Part shown: piece by piece, positions 27,517 to 36,687 of the stretch
Numbering within the stretch: the first letter of the stretch is position 1
Layout: each line of letters starts with the position of its first letter
From: a virus
Virus record (IMG/VR): IMGVR_UViG_3300024503_000485
Coordinates: 1-64,000 of that record
Length of the DNA: 64,000 bases
Strand: one strand, 5' to 3'
The notes under the pieces: generated by a model
Seen by the model: the letters and a program-made list of their open reading frames with translations, nothing else
Database searches by the model: none
Told to the model about the DNA's origin: nothing
Made by a program: the position numbers and the translations under genes

Positions 27517-27902
27517 TGAGCGACCTTGATGTAACCATGATCATCCTTTACGGCCTTGGCCTACTTTCAGGCTGGTGGGCATCTAAGATCTTTCATCTGC
27601 ACCTACTACGCAGCATCCTGAAGGATCTTGGGGTGAGTCAGCAGGATCTACTCGCACTCCTTAACCGATCAGAAGAAGAATCATCCGATGATCCCGAGCT
27701 GGATCAGATCGATATCAAAGTTGAGAAGCATAGTAACACACTCTATGCGTTTCGTAAAGACAACGATCAGTTCCTAGGGCAGGGCAACAGCAAGGAGCAG
27801 CTGATCGAAGCCATGGCGCAGCGTATGAAGAATGTAAGGTTGATCGTGGTTGAGGGCCGTGAATACATGGAGTCCAAAACGGTTGACACGACCGCGGTTT
27901 GA
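27516..27902 (+). CDS. hypothetical membrane-anchored protein
   Basis: N-terminal TM helix. Confidence 0.4.
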   Translation: MSDLDVTMIILYGLGLLSGWWASKIFHLHLLRSILKDLGVSQQDLLALLNRSEEESSDDPELDQIDIKVEKHSNTLYAFRKDNDQFLGQGNSKEQLIEAMAQRMKNVRLIVVEGREYMESKTVDTTAV

Positions 27903-27917
27903 GCTTACAATTGAGTT

Positions 27918-28469
27918 ATGAAAATTACAGAACTCCAGAACCTATACCGCGCAGGCCAGATCATCCGCAAGGCAGATCACGCAGACAAGTTGGACATCCA
28001 ATTGGATCCCACAATGACTCGCGAGCTGTTTCGACAAGAAGTTGGCCGTGTTTACTTCATCGTAGTCAACGGTGAAATCAAGAAGATTGGCGGCTCACAG
28101 GCCAAGGGCGGACTCAAGGGAACCTTAGGGGCCTACTTCACTGGTTTTGCCAAGGGCATGAGCGCCAGGACCTATTGCGTATGGAACTTCATGCGCCAGC
28201 AGATCGATCAAGGGCACACGGTTGAGATCTATGTTACATTTGCTCCCCTGGTTGAAGCAACCATTCCAGGTCCCCTGGGACATGTAACCGTACACATTCC
28301 TGTAGACTATCATACCATTGAGAAGAGCTACGTGGATCACTTCGTGCTGGTCGAGAGCAAGCATCCTTACTTGAACATGCAGGAAAGTGCGGGCCGTTGG
28401 GAAGATACGGGGCTTTTAGAAGGCTATCACGGGCTTTGGGTTCCACAACAAGAAACCCTAGCAGCCTAA
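27918..28469 (+). CDS. hypothetical protein
   Basis: 183 aa. It has two His-x-Thr-like segments (GHTVEI, GHVTVH), but assignment to the 2H phosphoesterase family is not secure. Confidence 0.4.
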   Translation: MKITELQNLYRAGQIIRKADHADKLDIQLDPTMTRELFRQEVGRVYFIVVNGEIKKIGGSQAKGGLKGTLGAYFTGFAKGMSARTYCVWNFMRQQIDQGHTVEIYVTFAPLVEATIPGPLGHVTVHIPVDYHTIEKSYVDHFVLVESKHPYLNMQESAGRWEDTGLLEGYHGLWVPQQETLAA

Positions 28470-28488
28470 GGGTTATTCAAAAAAGTGG

Positions 28489-28518
28489 TTGACAACAGCC
28501 TCTAGATCGCATATAATA
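28489..28518 (+). promoter_or_regulatory. early sigma70-type promoter
   Basis: GGTTGACAACAGCC, N18, TATAAT. Confidence 0.6.
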
Positions 28519-28548
28519 CAAGCTCAACAAACAACTTAGGAGCGAAAC

Positions 28549-28902
28549 ATGGAAGCACAAGCACGTGAGTATTTTGTCCGTCGTCTTAACGAAGTAGCAC
28601 AAGAAAAAGTGCAGGCCAAAGCAGTAGAACTTTACGGCGCAAGTGGCCGTCCAGAACAGCCTACTTGGGGCATGGTGTTTGAGGGCATTAAATCCGGCGA
28701 GATTACCCTTAAAGCAGACAAGGTGGACTATACGGGTCCTTACCTCAACCCTACGGACGTGGAGTGGCCTGCTATGGAAGCCAAAAAGGCAGAGCTGGAA
28801 GCATATCGCAAGTTGGTAGCCGCTGAGAAGCAACGGGCTATGGACGCTGTCTATTTGGACGAGAGCGCACAAGAAGCCCTTAAGGCTTTTGAAGCAATTT
28901 AA
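28549..28902 (+). CDS. hypothetical protein
   Basis: RBS TAGGAGCG, 117 aa. Confidence 0.45.
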   Translation: MEAQAREYFVRRLNEVAQEKVQAKAVELYGASGRPEQPTWGMVFEGIKSGEITLKADKVDYTGPYLNPTDVEWPAMEAKKAELEAYRKLVAAEKQRAMDAVYLDESAQEALKAFEAI

Positions 28903-28910
28903 ACAACAAA

Positions 28911-28936
28911 AGCCCTACACTCCGTAGGGCTTTTTC
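28911..28936 (+). terminator. rho-independent terminator
   Basis: Stem AGCCCTAC/GTAGGGCT followed by T5. Confidence 0.65.
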
Positions 28937-28965
28937 TTGACCTTTTGGCACTTTGGACATATAAT
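28937..28965 (+). promoter_or_regulatory. early sigma70-type promoter (TTGACC-N17-TATAAT)
   Basis: Directly abuts the terminator. Confidence 0.6.
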
Positions 28966-28989
28966 ACACTTACACAGAAGGAGAAGTGT

Positions 28990-29172
28990 ATGAGAGTAGA
29001 AGTCAAAAGCCTATACAGAGTTCAATGCACAGAGTATGAAAGAGGCTATGGTCAAAGGGACATGGGTGTGGTGTTCTTTGACACAGAAGAAGAAGCCAAG
29101 CAGTTCTGCCTAGAATACGCCTCGGGTGATAGCGAATGCTACTTCCGAGCAAGCTACGAAAAGATCAACTAA
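28990..29172 (+). CDS. hypothetical small protein
   Basis: RBS GAAGGAGAAG, 60 aa. Confidence 0.4.
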   Translation: MRVEVKSLYRVQCTEYERGYGQRDMGVVFFDTEEEAKQFCLEYASGDSECYFRASYEKIN

Positions 29173-29188
29173 TTCTAGAAAGCCTAAA

Positions 29189-29425
29189 ATGAAAAGCAAA
29201 GACACACAGATCTACAAGAACATTGGCTCTATCCAGGCAGTACAGGGTGACGAAGGCCGCTACTACTTCTACACTCACTTTGCTACAGGTAACACCTGCG
29301 ACGAAGACACTATCAAAGGTGCCAAAGAGATGTTGGATTGGGAAGAAAAGAACCATCAAGAAGTACAGGCTGCGATCCGTGTGCTTCAGGGTCGAGGTTA
29401 CAGAGTATTCAAAGAGGTTTGTTAA
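29189..29425 (+). CDS. hypothetical small protein
   Basis: 78-aa ORF. Confidence 0.35.
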   Translation: MKSKDTQIYKNIGSIQAVQGDEGRYYFYTHFATGNTCDEDTIKGAKEMLDWEEKNHQEVQAAIRVLQGRGYRVFKEVC

Positions 29426-29664
29426 TGGGATGGGTAGTCTACGATGCTCGTACGGGGCACATGCAAAAGTATTACAAGCTGGCCCGTACAGCCAAGAGTA
29501 TCGTCACGCAGCACAACACAGAACGAATCTATGAGGACTGGATCTATCGTCCTCAGAGCACTTGGGCCTGCTGCTCCTATGCAGACTACGAAGGGATCTT
29601 AATGGGTCTGCGTGGGGAAGCGTTTAAGATGTGGCAGTTTGTTAAGAATAACCCGCAGAGCTAA
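29425..29664 (+). CDS. hypothetical small protein
   Basis: TAATG coupling to the upstream gene, 79 aa. Confidence 0.35.
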   Translation: MGWVVYDARTGHMQKYYKLARTAKSIVTQHNTERIYEDWIYRPQSTWACCSYADYEGILMGLRGEAFKMWQFVKNNPQS

Positions 29665-29681
29665 AGGGTCTTTCTTTTTGG

Positions 29682-29710
29682 TTGACCTTTGGGCCTTTTG
29701 GTGCTATACT
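29682..29710 (+). promoter_or_regulatory. early sigma70-type promoter (GGTTGACC-N17-TATACT)
   Basis: Consensus -35 and -10 with a 17-nt spacer. Confidence 0.6.
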
Positions 29711-29733
29711 ATAGGTATAGTAAGGAGCGTGAA

Positions 29734-29982
29734 ATGATAACAGAAAAACAACGTGTTGTAAATGCCCTAAAGGGTTGGCAGTTCATCCGTGGAACCCATG
29801 GTTGCTTGTATGATCGTGGCTCAGCAGATTCCTACTACGGCCGTCCACGTCAACCTCACTACGGTGGAGTGGGAGGCGATTCCGGCCGCCGAGTCTCGGT
29901 CAACGATGCTGCATCCGTGGCCGAATACTTGGCAGGCTACGACTACAACGAGCGTTATGGAGACAAAAAGAACTATGATTAA
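29734..29982 (+). CDS. hypothetical protein
   Basis: RBS TAAGGAGCG, 82 aa. Confidence 0.4.
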   Translation: MITEKQRVVNALKGWQFIRGTHGCLYDRGSADSYYGRPRQPHYGGVGGDSGRRVSVNDAASVAEYLAGYDYNERYGDKKNYD

Positions 29983-30199
29983 TCATGGCCTACAATGGCT
30001 GGGCACAGCCGCTCTGATCTCTATGTATATTGTGATGAGCTTCTTTCCTGAGCGATATCCGCTGAATATCCTCTTAGGATTACTGGGAGGTCTATGCTAT
30101 TTTGCGTGGTCGTATCGTGTGGCAAATAAGCCACAGATGATCGTTAACTTCGCAGGAATAGCCGTGTGTGCCGCAGGGTTATTTCGTTATTTTGATTGA
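29976..30199 (+). CDS. small membrane protein
   Basis: Two TM helices; overlaps the upstream stop. Confidence 0.35.
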
Positions 30200-30224
30200 C
30201 ACTCAGGCACTTTGGCTATACAAT
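30196..30224 (+). promoter_or_regulatory. early sigma70-type promoter (TTGACA-N17-TACAAT)
   Basis: Consensus -35 and -10 with a 17-nt spacer. Confidence 0.55.
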
Positions 30225-30256
30225 TAACACATACGCTAAACAACTAGGAGCAGAAA

Positions 30257-30439
30257 ATGGTTACACAAGCACAGGCAATGTTTGTATTTGTAGTAGGACT
30301 ACTAATCACAATGTTGGGCACAGGTGGTGTAGAAGCCAGCATCTCTAACCTAGAACTTCTACAAGGTCTAGCAGTGGCCATCACTGGCCTAGGCTGTATG
30401 GGCTGTGGTGTGCTCATGCTTAGGCAAGCCGAGGACTAA
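30257..30439 (+). CDS. small membrane protein
   Basis: RBS TAGGAGCAG, two TM helices. Confidence 0.4.
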   Translation: MVTQAQAMFVFVVGLLITMLGTGGVEASISNLELLQGLAVAITGLGCMGCGVLMLRQAED

Positions 30440-30440
30440 T

Positions 30441-30752
30441 ATGGAAGCCCTAGTTGAAACAACTGGGGGCCAGTTCCCCGCGCACACATATCTACTAGAC
30501 GGTACTACCCTAGTAGCCTATGTAAAGGTCAACGAAACTACGCCCGTCTATTTCAAAAGCGGTATCAAGGGCTTTGATAAGCGTGGTAGGCAGTTCGTTA
30601 AGGGTAACATCAACTTATTCAAAGTAAAGGCAACTAATGACACAAGATCTGTCCAAGGCTCAAAAGGCCAAGTCTACTCAGTCAACGACGCAGAGAAAAC
30701 CTGTACCTGTCCAGGATTTACATTTAGAGGTACCTGCAAACACTTGGGCTAA
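30441..30752 (+). CDS. SWIM-type zinc-finger small protein
   Basis: C-terminal CTCPGFTFRGTCKH matches CxCxnCxH. Confidence 0.45.
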   Translation: MEALVETTGGQFPAHTYLLDGTTLVAYVKVNETTPVYFKSGIKGFDKRGRQFVKGNINLFKVKATNDTRSVQGSKGQVYSVNDAEKTCTCPGFTFRGTCKHLG

Positions 30753-30773
30753 CATGATAAAGGTATTGATGCA

Positions 30774-31001
30774 ATGAGCATACAACTACACGGACTGACC
30801 CGCCAGCAGTATCAGATCGCTGACATGATCTGGAGCTGTGAATCACAAGAGGATGTTCAACGCTTGATCAATAACCTGCCCGCAGAGTATAAGAAGGACG
30901 CTGTGGTCATACACGATCTAATGATAGCAGCAGTCATGGACCAACATATGGAGATCACTGAAGATGTTCGTGCGCTTATTCATAGTATTGCTAGCCGCTA
31001 G
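30774..31001 (+). CDS. hypothetical small protein
   Basis: 75-aa ORF. Confidence 0.35.
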   Translation: MSIQLHGLTRQQYQIADMIWSCESQEDVQRLINNLPAEYKKDAVVIHDLMIAAVMDQHMEITEDVRALIHSIASR

Positions 31002-31170
31002 CTTAACAGCCTGCACAGCCTTTAGGGATCCACGTGATGCTGCGTGGGATCCTAGGCAGGATCAAGGTCGTTACCTTCACGAACAGATTCCAAATTGGCA
31101 GCATGAAGCCCTCAGAGTCTGTGGTGGTGGTGACCGAGTGAGGAGACCTGGTATGACCGATCGGTGTTGA
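30964..31170 (+). CDS. putative lipoprotein/secreted small protein
   Basis: Signal-like LLAASLTAC. Confidence 0.3.
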   Translation: MFVRLFIVLLAASLTACTAFRDPRDAAWDPRQDQGRYLHEQIPNWQHEALRVCGGGDRVRRPGMTDRC

Positions 31171-31641
31171 TGGTCGGTCGGTGGTCGGTGGTGAGGGGTA
31201 ACATATGTTAGTAAGTACTAACAAGCTAGTAAGGGGTAGCAAATCACCACCCTGAAAAGAAAAGTACTGCCCTTAAAAATTTTGCGCGGCCAATTTTTTC
31301 CCCTGTAGACCCATTTTGCTGTAAATACACTCATGAAAGATCAAATTGAACGTAACGGGCGACTCTATGAGTACTCAGCCACTGACGATTGTTGGTATCC
31401 TGTGCCCACTGAAGACCAGTATGATTTTCAACGTTTTGTTATTTTTATCAGCACAATTCTAGTTATTTGTTATCTAGCCTATGCAACACTCACATAATTA
31501 TATTGGCCCACATTGGCGTAGTAGTCTGCCATTTTACCCATGGACCATACTTGCTCGTAGGCCCGAATTTGTCGCTGATCCCTTGTTGAATCAAAAGAGC
31601 TCATGGGAGTTCAAGCCCGATCCTGTTATACATCCTAAACT

Positions 31642-31839
31642 ATGATAGAATACGCTGTACTCACACGGGATCCTGATTTTTTGAAGTTTGCGGAATTTAT
31701 ACAAGCACACAATCTCAGCCACGAAATACATCTTAATCGTACTCGTGTACACCTAGTTGAAAACTCTAGTCTACACCTAGAGTTTTTATTGAGATTTCCC
31801 AGTGCTTTTCCCATAACCACTTTCACGGAGTCGCTATGA
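31642..31839 (+). CDS. hypothetical small protein
   Basis: 65-aa ORF. Confidence 0.3.
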   Translation: MIEYAVLTRDPDFLKFAEFIQAHNLSHEIHLNRTRVHLVENSSLHLEFLLRFPSAFPITTFTESL

Positions 31840-32390
31840 CTGAACCTAGAATAATACCTAATTTATTAGGCCCCAGCACATTTGAATATGCACAATCACG
31901 TTTTACGGATCTAGGCATACACTGGTACTACATGCCCGTGACCAGCTGTGAAAAAGATCAAATGCAGTATGCAGGCAGCTTTAGTCATTTGATCTATAAA
32001 AATGGAGAACCCATTAGTCCCTTATGGGATCTTAGTCTACAGATACTCTTAGCTGCCTGTGATCATCACGGTGAACGACTAGCAGAAATTGCTCGTGTTA
32101 GACTGGGCTTTTGTACTCGTACACCCTATGCTGTGGAGCATACACCGCATCAAGATTTTCAAGGACCGCATCGTACGGGCATATATTACCCTATTACCGC
32201 TGACGGCCCTACTACTATCTACGCAGAGAAAACAGAACAACTTGATGGTGCGTATACTCTGTTGGCTAGTCAACAGCCTAGGGCTAACCTTTGGATGGAC
32301 TTTGACGGCGAACATTTTCACAGCAGCACTACTCCCGTAGATCACGAAAATCGCTTGGTTTTGACCCTAAACTACAGAATACAAGAATAA
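31836..32390 (+). CDS. hypothetical protein, possible 2OG-Fe(II) oxygenase-like
   Basis: His/Asp-containing segments (HTPHQD...HFHSS). Weak evidence. Confidence 0.35.
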   Translation: MTEPRIIPNLLGPSTFEYAQSRFTDLGIHWYYMPVTSCEKDQMQYAGSFSHLIYKNGEPISPLWDLSLQILLAACDHHGERLAEIARVRLGFCTRTPYAVEHTPHQDFQGPHRTGIYYPITADGPTTIYAEKTEQLDGAYTLLASQQPRANLWMDFDGEHFHSSTTPVDHENRLVLTLNYRIQE

Positions 32391-32407
32391 TGTCGTAAAT
32401 ACAAGAT

Positions 32408-32632
32408 ATGCTTCTAGTGTATCTTGAACCTTTTGTTCGTGAGCAAGAGGACCTACTACAATCCTGGCGGGATCTAGTACACTATTGGCCTCGTAGTTAT
32501 GCGCACACAGATGCTTATAACTCTGCTATACCTACAGATTGGTGGCTCTTGTTTAGGGATGCTCGTTACTCTAGTATATGGTTGATCAAATACCCTGAAC
32601 ACTCAAGAATTATGCTGACCTTATTCGACTAA
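32408..32632 (+). CDS. hypothetical protein
   Basis: 74-aa ORF. Confidence 0.3.
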   Translation: MLLVYLEPFVREQEDLLQSWRDLVHYWPRSYAHTDAYNSAIPTDWWLLFRDARYSSIWLIKYPEHSRIMLTLFD

Positions 32633-32715
32633 AAAATCTTGCGCTTGGCGCTTCGCGCTAAAAAATTGCGCTGCGGCTTCGCCGATCTTGATAAATATTC
32701 GAAACAGGAGCAATC

Positions 32716-32922
32716 ATGCCACAGGCCTATAAAATCATGGCACGTAACACTAGAACAGGTGTCAGAATACAAAAACAATTTCTAGATGGAGCCACCGTCA
32801 CAAACTATGATATGGCTCTAGAACACGCTCAAGATCTAGCTCAGCGTCAAAGTTCACGCAGTCGCGAAACTTGGGTGGGCGAAGTAGAAATCTACACCGT
32901 GGGCAACAAGCCCGGTCAGTGA
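32716..32922 (+). CDS. hypothetical small protein
   Basis: RBS ACAGGAGCAATCATG, 68 aa. Confidence 0.4.
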   Translation: MPQAYKIMARNTRTGVRIQKQFLDGATVTNYDMALEHAQDLAQRQSSRSRETWVGEVEIYTVGNKPGQ

Positions 32923-33350
32923 TACATATAGTTCACTGAATCTTCATTTTCCCTAAATGTCTCGGCCCCGTTTTTATGATGAAAACGTCGGGCCATTTCT
33001 GTCTTTGGACTTAGAGTAACAAAGGTCTTGACTTCGGGGCTGTTTTCTTTGATGTCTGCCTGTGCTTGTGTGATCAACTCACGACCTGCACCTGCGGCAT
33101 AGCTCCAAATGGTATAGAACACAGCAGTGGTAGAGTTTACTGCTAGATTGGCTAGATCATCAACATTCTTAGGAATGTCTGCTAGAAACTTAACACAGGT
33201 CACAGCCAAAGGACGGTTTTCTTCATCTTTGAGTACATAGACCTTGCCGTGTTCGTCAACTCGAAAGTCCGCAGGAATTTCTGGACGCACAGGATCGTCT
33301 TTGAGTAGGCTCAATAGTTCTTCGTTGATGGTGGTGATTTTTTCTAGCAT
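32916..33350 (-). CDS. GNAT-family N-acetyltransferase (putative)
   Basis: YAAGAGRELI resembles acetyl-CoA motif A (Q/RxxGxG/A). 144 aa. Confidence 0.4.
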   Translation of the reverse strand: MLEKITTINEELLSLLKDDPVRPEIPADFRVDEHGKVYVLKDEENRPLAVTCVKFLADIPKNVDDLANLAVNSTTAVFYTIWSYAAGAGRELITQAQADIKENSPEVKTFVTLSPKTEMARRFHHKNGAETFRENEDSVNYMYH

Positions 33351-33405
33351 GATGTTAATGATTATATAACATTACTTATCATCTTGTCAATAAAACTAGC
33401 AGATA

Positions 33406-34299
33406 ATGTTTTACCAGATAAGTATGCTTATGACAGAACCGAGATTATTCATTACCGGCGATAGCTTTGCCATATTTCCCAAAGATCCTGATCCAGTGAA
33501 AAATTGGGGACTGCTCTTAGCTGACCTGTTGGGTCAGGAATTAGGACAGACCCTACAGGTGGTCAATAACAGCCTTATGGGCTGTGCTCAAGATTGGAAT
33601 TGGCTGAGTCTTCAAAATTGGTACGAACATACAATCACAGAACATGACTATGTGGTCATAGCTCTAACTCATCCTAGCCGTCAGTGGTTCTTTGAAAACA
33701 GCCCTGAAATTGCCAATGCTAATCTAATTGATCTAGATCGTTGGGTCACTCGAGAGCAGGCCAAGACCGTAGAGCTGTTTATCAAATACATGCAACGTCC
33801 TAGTTTAGATCTAATAGCAGTTCAAAATCGTTTGGCCTATTTGGCCTATATGACTAGACTTAAGGGTCTAAGGCCGCCTGTGATTATGAAATGTTTTACA
33901 CAGGAATTTGGACAGGCCAATACGTGGCCAGATCTTAAGATTGCTCAGGGTGATCTAATGAACATACAACGTTATGAGTTTGAGGACATAGACATAGATA
34001 TTCGTTCGGATTTTTGGAAAGGACTAGACAGCAGGTACAATCATCTGTGTAGATCCAATCACACCATCCTAGCTCAAAAGGTCTTTGACACCCTAACCAA
34101 AGGCGCAGAGTTAGATCTTACCACAGGGTTTATTCAAGGTCTGCTTAAAAACAATACTCTTGATGACCTAGACTTTGTTCAACGAGAATTGGATTATCCT
34201 ACGTTTCTAAAAAATCGTGAAAAGCTCAAAAAGAGCCGTGGTCCAATACTGCCGTGGAAAACCAGAGTTAATATCCAAACCGGACAGGATGATGCTTGA
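33406..34299 (+). CDS. putative SGNH/GDSL-family hydrolase
   Basis: N-terminal LFITGDSFAIF is a GDS(L)-like block. 297 aa. Confidence 0.35.
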   Translation: MFYQISMLMTEPRLFITGDSFAIFPKDPDPVKNWGLLLADLLGQELGQTLQVVNNSLMGCAQDWNWLSLQNWYEHTITEHDYVVIALTHPSRQWFFENSPEIANANLIDLDRWVTREQAKTVELFIKYMQRPSLDLIAVQNRLAYLAYMTRLKGLRPPVIMKCFTQEFGQANTWPDLKIAQGDLMNIQRYEFEDIDIDIRSDFWKGLDSRYNHLCRSNHTILAQKVFDTLTKGAELDLTTGFIQGLLKNNTLDDLDFVQRELDYPTFLKNREKLKKSRGPILPWKTRVNIQTGQDDA

Positions 34300-34324
34300 C
34301 ACCTGCTGTTAATCTTAGTATAAT
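34296..34324 (+). promoter_or_regulatory. early sigma70-type promoter (TTGACA-N17-TATAAT)
   Basis: Precedes the BI-1-like gene. Confidence 0.6.
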
Positions 34325-34344
34325 ACATAGACAAGGAGACCACA

Positions 34345-35025
34345 ATGTTTGATTCAATTACAACTTATCGTTCAGCTGAAGCTATCAATAGTGCCATGGC
34401 CAGTGTTTATAAACACATGGGTCTAGCAGTATTGACCAGTATGATCGTTTCATTGTTTGTAGGAACCAATCCTGCACTATTGGCCTTTTTCTTTACAGGC
34501 TTTATAAAATGGATTGTTATATTTGCACCGCTGGTAGCTATTATTGCTCTTAGTATGAATATGGATTCTATGAGCAAGGGCACAGCACAACTAGCTCTAC
34601 ATGGCTTTGCCGCGCTAATGGGCTTGAGCTTTGCTACTATCTTTGCTGTCTACACTATGGGCAGTATTTTTTCAGCTTTTATGAGTGCCGCAGTATTGTT
34701 TGGCGTTATGAGCTTTTATGGTTATTTTACCAAGAAGAGTTTAGATAGCCTAGGCCAGTTTATGTTCATAGGCCTAATTGCCATTATCATTGCTAGTCTA
34801 ATCAATATCTTTATTGGCAGCACCTTAATGCAAATGGTTATTTCGGCTATTGCTGTTATTATCTTTCTAGGCCTTACTGCCTACGACACACAAAAGATTC
34901 GAGAAATGGTCAGCTATGATACAGCGGAAGGCAATGCTGAAATTGTTGGCGCACTAACTCTGTATCTTGATTTTATTAATCTTTTCCTAAATCTTCTACA
35001 ACTATTTGGCGGTAGAAAAGATTGA
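34345..35025 (+). CDS. Bax-inhibitor-1/YccA-family membrane protein
   Basis: Seven hydrophobic helices and a C-terminal region typical of BI-1/YccA. Confidence 0.6.
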   Translation: MFDSITTYRSAEAINSAMASVYKHMGLAVLTSMIVSLFVGTNPALLAFFFTGFIKWIVIFAPLVAIIALSMNMDSMSKGTAQLALHGFAALMGLSFATIFAVYTMGSIFSAFMSAAVLFGVMSFYGYFTKKSLDSLGQFMFIGLIAIIIASLINIFIGSTLMQMVISAIAVIIFLGLTAYDTQKIREMVSYDTAEGNAEIVGALTLYLDFINLFLNLLQLFGGRKD

Positions 35026-35585
35026 ACGAATATGTTTTATTCCCTACAATAGTTAGGGAATACGATTTCAGCAAGGACCCAGATTTTCATGTCCTTGCTG
35101 ATTTTGTTTCTAAACAAAAAACAGAACCACATAGACTAGTAGGCTGGGCAGAAAGCAGTTACGGTGTAGGCCGTAGTCTTTTTGATAATTTTATTCTCAA
35201 AGGCATACGACAAAAACTACAGGCCGCTGTTGATGCATATATCATTGAACTTGGTATAGCACCAGTTAAAATAACCAATAGTTGGTTTAATAAACTAGGT
35301 CAACATCAACGTGTAGAAACTCATAGACATGAATTAAGTGTTGTGTCAGGAGCATTCTATGTTCATGCAGATCCCGGTAGTGTGGGACTAAAATTATTCA
35401 GTCCTTTGGCACAACTTCGTATGTACGAACAGATTGTAAATCACAATGCTGTTAATGCTAATTTTATTGAAATGGAATGTTGTACAGGTCAGCTAATTTT
35501 ATTTCCTAGCTGGATAGAACACGGAACCGATAATAATCAAACCGATAGTAGAATTACGGTTAGTTTTAATACAGAATATTGTTAG
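35022..35585 (+). CDS. 2OG-Fe(II) oxygenase family protein (paralog)
   Basis: HRHELS...FPSWIEHGT signature. Confidence 0.55.
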   Translation: MNEYVLFPTIVREYDFSKDPDFHVLADFVSKQKTEPHRLVGWAESSYGVGRSLFDNFILKGIRQKLQAAVDAYIIELGIAPVKITNSWFNKLGQHQRVETHRHELSVVSGAFYVHADPGSVGLKLFSPLAQLRMYEQIVNHNAVNANFIEMECCTGQLILFPSWIEHGTDNNQTDSRITVSFNTEYC

Positions 35586-36276
35586 TCTGTTCTAGACTAA
35601 GTTCTTGATCTTCTAATTCACGAATCTTTTCAGTAATCTCGTCAATAAGACCTAGGTTACGTAGAATCTTAAAAACTAGATTTTCCACAGACCATTCTCC
35701 GGCACGCTCAAGTCCGGCCTTTCTCATAGTAGTAATTTTTTCTTTTACTGCTCTAAGTTTTTCTAGATCCTTAGAAACCATCGCTTCTTCAATGGCTTTC
35801 ATTATACCATCTTTCTTTGCTTCCACGGCAGCATCGTCTACTTCCGGCTTGACCTTCTTTGGTTCTACCAGCCATTGACCTTTAGCTATGCTATACACTC
35901 CTGTGCTGTGGTGCGGCTCATCTTCTCCTTGAACATAACATTCAACTGGAAGACCTTTGATAGTGATAGTGTGTTGTTCTGCCCAAAGTGCCTTTTTGGC
36001 GCTGTATAATTCTCGTTCGTCGTCCGTTGGAGAACCTTTGACAATGACATGAAGATCTAGGTCAGAATGTTTAGTCCAGGTATAATTTGCATTAGATCCT
36101 GTTATGGTATAATCAACAATATCTAGATCCACTCCAACAAAATCTACAAAGGCTTTGGCAATGTCCATTAGTTTGGCTTCAACTTCTAGATCTAATGAAT
36201 CACCGTCCCATATTCTAGGATTTAATCTTTTATTGACCGTAACAACAGAAGATGCTGTAAACTCACGTAACTTCAT
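35566..36276 (-). CDS. Pol-beta-superfamily nucleotidyltransferase-fold protein
   Basis: TGSNANYTWTKHSDLDLHVIV matches the GSx9-13DhD motif. Confidence 0.5.
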   Translation of the reverse strand: MKLREFTASSVVTVNKRLNPRIWDGDSLDLEVEAKLMDIAKAFVDFVGVDLDIVDYTITGSNANYTWTKHSDLDLHVIVKGSPTDDERELYSAKKALWAEQHTITIKGLPVECYVQGEDEPHHSTGVYSIAKGQWLVEPKKVKPEVDDAAVEAKKDGIMKAIEEAMVSKDLEKLRAVKEKITTMRKAGLERAGEWSVENLVFKILRNLGLIDEITEKIRELEDQELSLEQTNNILY

Positions 36277-36687
36277 TTAAACTCCAAATCGATTACGTTT
36301 TTTTGTTGCAACAGGACTGCTCTTATTGACGTCTTTGGTTTCATGACTACCTGTTGATGTAATTTGTTTTTTAGCACTAGAACTTAAACCAATTTGATTT
36401 AATGCATCATCAATAATATCTTTGGTTGTGTTAGTATAACTAATAACAATAGCGTTTTCACCCCAAGGACTTTTTGCTTGAAACGTATCTCTTTTAATAA
36501 CGTCGTCTTTGGCTTTATTTGCTCGAGCATTTGCTAAAGCAACACCAAATCGGTATTGCTTATATGGGTCTTGATTAGGTAGAGCAGGAATAACAAATGC
36601 GCTTGGAATCGCTTCCGCGACATCGTCTTCCATGCCATTCTCTCTAGACTCTTGAATAAATTCTTTAGCTCTCATTAGCAGTTCCAA
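36277..36687 (-). CDS. hypothetical protein
   Basis: 136-aa ORF. Confidence 0.4.
   Translation of the reverse strand: MELLMRAKEFIQESRENGMEDDVAEAIPSAFVIPALPNQDPYKQYRFGVALANARANKAKDDVIKRDTFQAKSPWGENAIVISYTNTTKDIIDDALNQIGLSSSAKKQITSTGSHETKDVNKSSPVATKKRNRFGV

Noticed and set aside
27918-28469. Possible Acb1-like 2H phosphoesterase (anti-CBASS) based on two His-x-Thr-like motifs
   Set aside because: The motifs (GHTVEI, GHVTVH) do not fit the H-h-T/S-h pattern cleanly, and the protein is larger than Acb1. It is left as hypothetical.
29789-30199. A long version of the ORF starting at 29789 (136 aa)
   Set aside because: Its 5' part overlaps ORF 29734-29982 in another frame. Only the C-terminal membrane segment from ATG 29976 is a plausible independent gene.
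31171-31332. A G-rich (GGTCGGT)x3 tract and a tight hairpin GTTAGTA-AG-TACTAAC that might form a CRISPR-like or retron-like element
   Set aside because: There is only a single short repeat cluster, with no spacer periodicity and no reverse transcriptase or cas genes nearby.
31590-31625. GGGAGTTCAAGCCCGATCC resembles a tRNA T-arm, which could suggest a tRNA fragment or attachment site
   Set aside because: No acceptor or anticodon arm can be built around it. A virulent T4-like phage is not expected to carry an att site. It is probably a chance match.
25533-32345. Antisense ORFs 25533-25844, 26045-26341, 26406-26663, 26692-26892, 26926-27141, 26937-27197, 28125-28364, 28234-28446, 28477-28872, 29165-29359, 29223-29534, 31003-31242, 31635-31826, 32079-32345 and 32089-32340
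   Set aside because: They have the same shadow-ORF pattern and no expression signals.
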